DNA of 34,349 bases. Origin: Candidatus Bipolaricaulia bacterium. GTDB taxonomy: Bacteria; Bipolaricaulota; Bipolaricaulia; JBHIAT01. The notes beneath the pieces were generated by a model. That model saw nothing but the letters and a program-made list of their open reading frames with translations, made no database searches and was not told the origin of the DNA. Shown piece after piece: positions 27,396 to 34,349 of this stretch; within the stretch, counting starts at the first letter, position 1; every line of letters begins with the position of its first letter. A program made the position numbers and the translations under genes. The DNA is taken from the NCBI GenBank assembly GCA_046758705.1, contig JBHIAT010000016.1:1-34349 (forward strand), written 5' to 3'.

Positions 27396-28160
27396 ATGGT
27401 TGAACAGGTCAAAGATGTGAATTTAACGGATTACTTGTTGTTAAGTTGTACCAAGGAGCATTGCTCCCTGCTCTTCGCCGATCTCAGTGAGGAAGCATTC
27501 ACTGAGTTAATGGAGCTGATGCTGTTCATCGACTACAAAAAGGGCGAGTTGATCTTCCAAGAGGGCTCGCTCGCCTCCGGTATCTATATTATCTGCAGTG
27601 GTCAGATGAAGTATGGCAAGTACTCAGCCAACAAGAGGAAGAAGCGGTTGCTCAAAATCTTTGAACATAAGGAAATACTGGAATTGGAAACCGTTTGCCA
27701 GAAAGGTTCGCCCACTTATATCGGATATGCTAAGGCGTTAACCGACACCCGAGTCGCTTTCATCGAAAGAGAGGCGTTTAACACCTTTCTCAAAGCGCAC
27801 CCTCGCGCGCTCTTTAAGCTATGTGAGGAGGTCACCAGGGAGCTGCGTGTATTCGAATGCCGACTGGTAGAGCATGCCTATGGGACCATCGAAGAGAACA
27901 TGGCCAGGTTGTTCCTAATCTTAGGGGATAGATACGGTGTGGTCGATGAACTCGGATTACGTATCGATATAGAACTGAGTCGCTCCGATCTGGCGAGCTT
28001 GTTAGGCATCTCCATAGAAACTGCAATTCGTTTCTTAAGCCAATTGAAGGACAACGGGTTAATCTCTCTTAGAGATCGAGAGATCATCATCACAGATAGA
28101 CAGGGTCTGGAAAGCTTAGTGAGCCTTCCAACGACCTGTGTTGAAGAGTGCCTTGTATAA
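27396..28160 (+). CDS. Crp/Fnr family transcriptional regulator (paralog 1)
   Basis: YKKGELIFQEG cNMP-type domain; HTH SRSDLASLLGISIETAIRFL. Start 27396 inferred by alignment with paralog 2 (track gives 27339). Confidence 0.92.
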   Translation: MVEQVKDVNLTDYLLLSCTKEHCSLLFADLSEEAFTELMELMLFIDYKKGELIFQEGSLASGIYIICSGQMKYGKYSANKRKKRLLKIFEHKEILELETVCQKGSPTYIGYAKALTDTRVAFIEREAFNTFLKAHPRALFKLCEEVTRELRVFECRLVEHAYGTIEENMARLFLILGDRYGVVDELGLRIDIELSRSDLASLLGISIETAIRFLSQLKDNGLISLRDREIIITDRQGLESLVSLPTTCVEECLV

Positions 28161-28364
28161 CTTATTAAGCTAAACCCCTCCATTTGAACGTTTGTTCACT
28201 GCCTCAGGGCCAATGTGAGAGGCTGAGTCTAGGCTGTTTCTCTCTCACACGATGATGGCCCAGGTCAGGAACAGCAACTGACCTGATAGAGGTCTGTCAA
28301 TGAGATATCCTAAATCATAGCACCTGTTGAAAGTAGCGGTTTAGAATATAGGTGATGTGATATC

Positions 28365-29114
28365 ATGCCTGAGCAAGTTAAAGTAGTAGAGTTTAGAAAG
28401 TCTCCGTTGGCCGATTGTACCAAGGAGGATTGTTCCCCGCTCTTTGCCGGTCTCAGTGAGAAAGCGTTCGCTGAGTTAGCGGAGCTGATGCTGTTCATCG
28501 AGTACAAAAAAGGGGAACTGATCTTCCAAGAGGGCTCGTTCGCCTCCGGTGTCTATATTATCTGCAGCGGCCAGGTAAAATATGGCAAGTACTCAGCCAA
28601 CAGGAAGAAGAATCGCCTCCTTAAGATCATCAACCACGGGGGGATATTGGGGATGGAAGAGCTATTTGAGCCAATCCCTCGTATTGGATACGCTCGAGCA
28701 TTAAAGGACACCCAAGTGGCCTTTATCGAGAGGAGTCACTTCGTTAAGTTCATCGGGAAGCACCCGGCTATGCTTCTCCGTATTTGTAAGGAATTGTCAA
28801 GAGAGTTGATGATCTTCGAGTTTAAACTGGTAGAGGCTTCATATGAAACACTGGAGAAGAACATATCTCGGTTGCTGTTGAGTTTAGCAGCCCGTTACGG
28901 CGTTCAAAAGAAGTCTGGCCTATACATAGAAGCAGAGCTAAGCCGCACCGACTTGGCACAGATGCTTGGAATTAGTCTTGAGACAGCCATACACATGCTT
29001 GCCAGGCTAAAGAACAAAGGATTAATCGCTTCCGATAAACATAGAATCATCATTATCGATAAAGAAGGTTTAGAGAGCTTAGCTGAACCCTTACCCGCTT
29101 GTTACTTCATTTGA
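28365..29114 (+). CDS. Crp/Fnr family transcriptional regulator (paralog 2)
   Basis: Same domain layout; HTH SRTDLAQMLGISLETAIHML. Confidence 0.92.
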   Translation: MPEQVKVVEFRKSPLADCTKEDCSPLFAGLSEKAFAELAELMLFIEYKKGELIFQEGSFASGVYIICSGQVKYGKYSANRKKNRLLKIINHGGILGMEELFEPIPRIGYARALKDTQVAFIERSHFVKFIGKHPAMLLRICKELSRELMIFEFKLVEASYETLEKNISRLLLSLAARYGVQKKSGLYIEAELSRTDLAQMLGISLETAIHMLARLKNKGLIASDKHRIIIIDKEGLESLAEPLPACYFI

Positions 29115-29145
29115 CACTCCCCGTCGCTGAAACGGAGGTTGTAAC

Positions 29146-30897
29146 CTATTCGTTCCGTAACTCCTCCAGAGTTGTTAAATCGAAAGGATTCCGGCCCATC
29201 TCTAAGCCAGCAATCCATGCCTCTCGTCTGCGACCATACGGCTCGTACAGATTATTCTCCTTTGACCATTCCACATAGCATTGAAAGTCCTCAATGGCAC
29301 CCTCGATATCTCCAGTGAGGGCCCGGGCTAGGCCACGGCTATCGCGAATGGCGCCATTGTCCGGTGCCAACTCAACTGCGTGTTCACAGGCGGGCAAGAC
29401 GATCTCTGCAAACCCGTCAATGCTCCCGAACCAACAAATGAAATCATTGGAGAATGCGTCGTTTGTCTCGTTTGCCGCTTGGGTGGCTTGAGTGACATCG
29501 GTGCTGGCCCGGTCATACTCCCCCTTGTTTTTATAGGCAATCCCCCGAATCAAGTAGACCATTGTATCCTCAGGGATGAGCTCGATCGTCTGGGTGTAAT
29601 CGGCGATCGCCCGGCCGTACTCCCCTTGTTTACTATAGGCAAGTCCTCGACCCAAGTAGGCCTCAGCAGTTCCCGGCTCTAACCCGATCGCCTTGTCAAA
29701 GTCTGAGATGGCCCGATCATATTCCCCTTTGAGCAGATAGGCACTCCCCCGACTGACGTGAGCCTCAGTATACCGGGGGATGAGCTCGATCGCCTGGTTA
29801 AAGCTTGAGATGGCTCGCTCATACTCCCCCTGGTTCAAATAGGTAACCCCCCGATTGTAGAAGGTCTCAGCATCTCGCAGCACTTTGGTCAAGGCGGGAC
29901 CCACGTCAGGGTCGATCTTCTTAAGCGCCTCGGTGGCTGCCCGGCGCACATGCTCATCCGCATCCTGTAGCGCTTGGACCAAGGCAGAGACGGCATCCCG
30001 GGCGGCAAGCCCAATATTCCCAAGCGCCCAGGCGACGTTAGTGCGTACGCGCCAATCCTCATCTTGCAGCGCTTCAATCAAGGCAGGGACAGCGTCCTTG
30101 GCGTCAGGGCCGATCTTCTCAAGCGCCTCGGCGGCTGTCGCACGCACGAGCACGTCCTCATCCTGTAGCGCTTCGACCAAGACAGGGACTGCGGCAGAGC
30201 CGATCTCCCCCAGTACAAAGGCAGCTTCCTCGCGCACACCCGCATCCTCATCCCGTAGTGTTTCGACCAGAGCAGGAACTGCAGCAGGACCGATCTCCAC
30301 CAACGCAAAGGCGGCTCCAAAGCGCACGAACTCGTCCTCATCCCGCAGTGCTTCAGCCAGGACAGGAACTACCTCCTGAGCCTCAGGGCCGATGGCCCCC
30401 AGTGCAAAGGCAGCTTCCGCGCGCACGCCCGCATCCTCATCATCTTGTAACGCCTTGATGAGCTCGTCGATGCCTTGGCCCACCTTCGATGCGCTCAGGC
30501 TCTTGATGTAGGCGATAATCGTGTCGAGATCCTGTTCCAAGAGCTTATTACCGAAGTCAGGCATCAGGTTGGGTATAAAGCCCTGGACGACCTTGGCGGT
30601 TGGGTCCAGGATTGACTCTCTCAGGTAGGCTTCATAGGCGATGATCGTCTTCCCAGTGGTCAGCGTCCGCTTGCTGCCAAACAACCCCGTAAAGGTCGGT
30701 CTGTCAGACACCTCGCCGGTTGTCGCATGGCAGGCGGTACAGCCGAACTGCAGAGTCAGTTGGCGACCGCGCTCGACCACCGCCGAGATCATCTCTTCCT
30801 CTTCCACCTCTACCGCAAATAACAAAGCAGCAACTGCACTTGCTAAAATGGCTAATGCCACCAGTACCCCAGAAAGCGCTATTTTCTTCACCTTCAC
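29146..30897 (-). CDS. Exported monoheme cytochrome c - HEAT repeat - TPR repeat protein
   Basis: Signal/TM; CTACH...PTFTGLFGS...AYLRESILDP.AKVV.GF...MP; 31-aa AVPALxEALxDEDxxVR repeats; TPRs (YNRG..Y...GEY.RAI). GTG 30897 follows a purine-rich RBS. Confidence 0.85.
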   Translation of the reverse strand: MKVKKIALSGVLVALAILASAVAALLFAVEVEEEEMISAVVERGRQLTLQFGCTACHATTGEVSDRPTFTGLFGSKRTLTTGKTIIAYEAYLRESILDPTAKVVQGFIPNLMPDFGNKLLEQDLDTIIAYIKSLSASKVGQGIDELIKALQDDEDAGVRAEAAFALGAIGPEAQEVVPVLAEALRDEDEFVRFGAAFALVEIGPAAVPALVETLRDEDAGVREEAAFVLGEIGSAAVPVLVEALQDEDVLVRATAAEALEKIGPDAKDAVPALIEALQDEDWRVRTNVAWALGNIGLAARDAVSALVQALQDADEHVRRAATEALKKIDPDVGPALTKVLRDAETFYNRGVTYLNQGEYERAISSFNQAIELIPRYTEAHVSRGSAYLLKGEYDRAISDFDKAIGLEPGTAEAYLGRGLAYSKQGEYGRAIADYTQTIELIPEDTMVYLIRGIAYKNKGEYDRASTDVTQATQAANETNDAFSNDFICWFGSIDGFAEIVLPACEHAVELAPDNGAIRDSRGLARALTGDIEGAIEDFQCYVEWSKENNLYEPYGRRREAWIAGLEMGRNPFDLTTLEELRNE

Positions 30898-30934
30898 CAG
30901 CCCCCCTTCCTCCTCTTCAAAACTGGCATAATAA

Positions 30935-31043
30935 AAACTATAACATTTATGAGCAAAATTCAATGATTTTTATCATTCATTGCATATAGGTCATTAATAG
31001 TATAAATCTGAGTCATTACAACATAAATCAGTGATTTAAGTCA
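30935..31043. promoter_or_regulatory. AT-rich control region with Crp/Fnr-type boxes
   Basis: TGATttttATCA 30964-30975 with minus-strand -10 candidates TAGTTT/TATAGT at 30935-30942; TGATttaaGTCA 31032-31043. Confidence 0.6.
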
Positions 31044-31195
31044 TTTCAAACGATGATTCAAGTTCTCTCACTGCTTCTCCTATGGCTGCCACAACTACTG
31101 GAACCGGGGGAAGGATGTCCGCGATGCCAAGCTCATCAGTAAGGGACGGATTGAGGTGGACTCTCGTCCCAGGTGATCATTGATTACACTTTGGA

Positions 31196-31345
31196 TTTGA
31201 GTGACCTTGGCGTGTGACCACGGCCATTTCACCGTATGCCCGAAATCATAGGCATTCATTGGGTTTGAGTTAATTTGACGCGTGACCACTCGCATCGCGC
31301 AGTATGTCCCAGGTCATAGCCATTCGTCGGTTGAGTAACTAAGAT
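31196..31345 (+). repeat. Degenerate ~68 bp tandem duplication of the hdr promoter module
   Basis: TTTGAGT..GTGACCAC..GTATG.CC..TCATAG.CATTC occurs at 31196 and 31264. Each copy holds two boxes 22 bp apart. TAAGAT 31340-31345 is 23 nt after the last box. Confidence 0.75.
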
Positions 31346-31391
31346 AAGATTGGATGGATGAGGATTCAGAGCGTTCGAGAGGAGATATCCG

Positions 31392-31985
31392 ATGCAAATA
31401 GCTCGATATGTCAAGTACGAAGCGGAACTCGATCCAGAATTTGCCGAGCAGATCGCCTCCGTGCCCGGTGGTGAGGCACTCAACCGTTGCATACAATGCG
31501 GAACCTGTAGCGCGGCCTGTCCGTTGAGTATCTACATGGACTACACTCCACGAAGGATTATCGCGATGACCAAGGCCGGCTTCAAGGATGAGGTTCTGCA
31601 CAGCACGACGATATGGCTCTGTTCCTCCTGCTACGCGTGTACCGTTCGCTGTCCCAAGGAGATCAAGATCACCGATCTCATGTACGCTCTGAAACGGCGG
31701 GCAATCGAGGAGGGAGCTTATTCCAGGAGATTTCCCATTCCTGCCCTCGCGAAGCAGTTCTTCGGCATGGTCAGGAACGCTGGAAGAACCACGGAGAGTC
31801 GGTTGGTCGTTCATCTGTATCGGAATAACCCGGTCAAGCTGCTTCGGATGGCCCCGGTGGGATTCAAACTCTTCAGGACCGGGAGGCTCGGCCTGAGGAA
31901 GGAATCGATCAAGGCGGCCGGAGAAAGAAAGAAGATCGGTGCTATGTTGGATGCCGTAGAACGCACCCAGGAGACCCGATCATGA
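31392..31985 (+). CDS. hdrC: Heterodisulfide reductase subunit C-like 2x[4Fe-4S] protein
   Basis: CIQCGTCSAACP and IWLCSSCYACTVRCP. Confidence 0.92.
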   Translation: MQIARYVKYEAELDPEFAEQIASVPGGEALNRCIQCGTCSAACPLSIYMDYTPRRIIAMTKAGFKDEVLHSTTIWLCSSCYACTVRCPKEIKITDLMYALKRRAIEEGAYSRRFPIPALAKQFFGMVRNAGRTTESRLVVHLYRNNPVKLLRMAPVGFKLFRTGRLGLRKESIKAAGERKKIGAMLDAVERTQETRS

Positions 31986-32851
31986 GCTACAGCTACACTT
32001 ACTATCCAGGATGTGCTCTGAAGCGGACGGCCAGGCATTATGAGGAGTCCTTCCTGGCCGTTTTTGATGCCTTGGAGCTGGAGGTCGAGGAGCTTGAGGG
32101 TTGGAACTGCTGTGGGGCGACCGCCTACGCATCGATAGACGAGCTCAAGGCGTTTTCGCTCGCGGCGAGAAACCTGGCACTGGCCGAGGCGCAAGGGAAG
32201 GATGTCGTCGTTCCGTGCAGCGGATGTCATCTGGTCCTGAACAAGGCCAAACATTACATCCACGAATATCCGGAGATCGGTGACCCGGTTAACGCGTCGT
32301 TGAGATCCGTCGGTCTGGAATACCAGAACGGGGTTGCGATTCGACATCCCCTCGACATCCTGATCAACGATCTGGGCCTGGAGGAGATTGCAGCTCGGGT
32401 GAAACGGCCGCTGACCACACTGAAGGTGGCTCCCTATTACGGATGTCAGATCGTAAGGCCCTACAAGGAGTTCGGCGATCCCTGGAATCCAACCACACTA
32501 GATCGTCTGCTAAACACCTTGGGGGCGGATGTCGTCGATTATCCGTTCAAGACCCGATGCTGTGGGGGCTCACTCACCGGAACCCTGCAAGATGTCGGAT
32601 TAAAACTGAACCATACCTTACTAAAGGAGGCCAGGAAACGAGAGGCCAACGTCATGACCACCCTCTGTCCCCTGTGCCAGTTCAACCTGGAGTGCTACCA
32701 GGACAAGATCGAAAAGCGTTTTGAGGAGTCCGTCAGAATGCTGGTGGTCTTCTTTACCCAGCTCGTGGGTCTTGCCCTAGGGATTCCCAAGAAGAAGTTG
32801 GGGTTGAAGCGCCTGTTCACCCCGATCGAACCGGTTTTGGCCCGAACGTAA
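31982..32851 (+). CDS. hdrB: Heterodisulfide reductase subunit B-like CCG protein
   Basis: YYPGC, WNCCG, PCSGC, YYGCQ, RCCGG, LCPLCQFNL. Confidence 0.93.
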   Translation: MSYSYTYYPGCALKRTARHYEESFLAVFDALELEVEELEGWNCCGATAYASIDELKAFSLAARNLALAEAQGKDVVVPCSGCHLVLNKAKHYIHEYPEIGDPVNASLRSVGLEYQNGVAIRHPLDILINDLGLEEIAARVKRPLTTLKVAPYYGCQIVRPYKEFGDPWNPTTLDRLLNTLGADVVDYPFKTRCCGGSLTGTLQDVGLKLNHTLLKEARKREANVMTTLCPLCQFNLECYQDKIEKRFEESVRMLVVFFTQLVGLALGIPKKKLGLKRLFTPIEPVLART

Positions 32852-32866
32852 CGAGGGAGGGATGTT

Positions 32867-34349
32867 ATGGATATGGAAGAAGTGGAAGAAAAAGCGAACG
32901 GAAGAGCCAAGATCGGCGTTTACGTTTGCCATTGTGGTACCAATATCGCTGCCAAGGTGGACATCGATGAGGTCGTCGAGTTTGCCAAGACCCTTCCCCT
33001 GGTGACGGTCGCCAAGGAGTACAAGTTCATGTGCTCCGATCCGGGTCAGGATCTGATCAAGCAGGATATCAAAGCGGGCAAGGTCAATCGGGTCGTGGTC
33101 GCCTCCTGTTCCCCGCTTATGCACGAGATAACCTTCAGACGGGCCACGGAAGCAGCGGGTGAGAACCCATTCATGTTCCAGATGGCCAACATCAGGGAGC
33201 ACGTCTCGTGGGTGACGGAGAATCACGGCCAAGCAACCGAGAAAGCGAAGGTGATGATCGCCGCGGCGGTTCGCCGGGTCGCCCTCCATGAACCGTTGGA
33301 GCAGAGGCAGGTCCCTGTCCACCCCGATGTCCTGGTGGTAGGTGGTGGGATTGCCGGCATCCACGCTGCCCTGACGTTAGCAGATTCGGGGAAGAAGATC
33401 TACCTGGTCGAACGGGAGCCGACCATCGGCGGACACATGGCCAAGTTCGACAAGACCTTCCCCACCCTGGACTGTGCCGCCTGTATCCTGACGCCCAAGA
33501 TGACTTCGGTCACCGCCCATCCTAACATCGAACTCCTGACCTATTCGGAGGTTGAGTCGGTGGACGGCTATGTGGGCAACTTCAAAGTCAAGATCAGGAA
33601 GAAGGCGAGCTACGTGGACCCCGAGGCGTGCACCGCCTGTGCCGACTGCGTGGCGGTCTGCCCCGTCTCGCTCCCCTCAGAATTCGATGAGGGCCTCGGC
33701 ACGAGGAAGGCCATCTATCGCCCGTTTCCCCAAGCGGTTCCCAACGTGTTCACCATCTCGCAGTTGGGAGCCCCCGCCTGCGAAGCCGCCTGTCCGATCC
33801 ATCAGAACGCTCACGGATACGTCACACTCATCGCCGAAGGCAAGTACCAGGAAGCCCTGGATGTCATCCTGCACGATAACCCGCTGCCGTCGATCTGCGG
33901 CCGCGTCTGTGTCCATCCCTGCGAGGCCGCCTGCGTCCGTGGCGAGATCGATGAGCCGATCGGCATCGCTTCCCTCAAACGGTTTGTCGTCGATCAGGTC
34001 GGCGATTACGAGCTTCCTCGTCCCGATCCCGACCAGGAACGAACCGAACATATCGCCATCGTCGGCGCCGGGCCGGCCGGACTCGCTTGTGCTTACGACC
34101 TGAGACAACGGGGCTATCAGACCACCATCTACGAATCGCTCCCCGTCGCCGGTGGCATGCTCGCCGTCGGCATCCCCGAGCACCGCCTCCCTGAACGGAT
34201 CCTGAAACAGGAGATCGCCCGGATCGAGGCGACCGGAGTGGAGATCCAGCTCAACAGCCCGATCGGCAGGGACGAAAACACCACGCTGGAGGATCTGAGG
34301 GAAGAATACGATGCCGTCTTCGTCGGCATCGGGGCCCATCTGGGCTGGG
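32867..34349 (+). CDS. hdrA: Large HdrA-like flavoprotein with GltD-like insert (HdrL-type), partial
   Basis: Not in the track (no stop). Manual translation: KIGVYVCHCGTNIA, MCSDPGQ, ASCSP, GGGIAG, FDKTFPTLDCAACILTPKM, CTACADCVAVCP, then CEAACP, ICGRVCVHPCEAAC, GAGPAG, GGMLAVGIPEHRLP. Confidence 0.93.
   Translation, partial: MDMEEVEEKANGRAKIGVYVCHCGTNIAAKVDIDEVVEFAKTLPLVTVAKEYKFMCSDPGQDLIKQDIKAGKVNRVVVASCSPLMHEITFRRATEAAGENPFMFQMANIREHVSWVTENHGQATEKAKVMIAAAVRRVALHEPLEQRQVPVHPDVLVVGGGIAGIHAALTLADSGKKIYLVEREPTIGGHMAKFDKTFPTLDCAACILTPKMTSVTAHPNIELLTYSEVESVDGYVGNFKVKIRKKASYVDPEACTACADCVAVCPVSLPSEFDEGLGTRKAIYRPFPQAVPNVFTISQLGAPACEAACPIHQNAHGYVTLIAEGKYQEALDVILHDNPLPSICGRVCVHPCEAACVRGEIDEPIGIASLKRFVVDQVGDYELPRPDPDQERTEHIAIVGAGPAGLACAYDLRQRGYQTTIYESLPVAGGMLAVGIPEHRLPERILKQEIARIEATGVEIQLNSPIGRDENTTLEDLREEYDAVFVGIGAHLGW

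Noticed and set aside
29500-30460. Nucleotide-level repeats of ~93-102 bp
   Set aside because: Explained by HEAT and TPR coding repeats.
31196-31345. Possible CRISPR or mobile-element repeat
   Set aside because: Only two degenerate copies, no unique spacers, no cas or transposase genes; better explained as promoter duplication.
32867-34349. Selenocysteine in HdrA
   Set aside because: No in-frame TGA seen in the visible part; the DCAAC motif uses ordinary Cys codons.

Overview
This window is a gene-dense, self-contained anaerobic respiration island from a bacterium of mostly high GC content; the taxon cannot be determined from the sequence. In order it carries: feoB (partial) with an Rrf2 regulator; mobB; a B-A-D operon for a Tat-exported molybdopterin oxidoreductase of the Arr/Arx/Psr/Anr neighbourhood with unusual Fe-S motifs and no NrfD anchor; an EbdC/DOMON-like heme protein; a System I*-type ccm cluster (CxxxY CcmE); a 9-heme cytochrome; a minus-strand Rieske/split cytochrome b cluster followed by 9-, 19-, 16- (CbcL-like cytochrome b fusion) and 5-heme cytochromes; a PNPOx-like/MenA fusion; two tandem Cys-bearing Crp/Fnr paralogs; a cytochrome c-HEAT-TPR mosaic protein; and hdrCBA, where HdrA has a GltD-like insert and is partial. 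I count 58 CxxCH motifs plus 2 atypical ones. The strongest non-coding signal is a TGAY-N4-RTCA box placed 23 nt (22-24 in a few cases) upstream of a -10 hexamer, usually with a second box 22 bp further up, at about 10 promoters. This points to a class II Crp/Fnr regulon covering nearly the whole island. All calls are from manual reading; no database searches were run.
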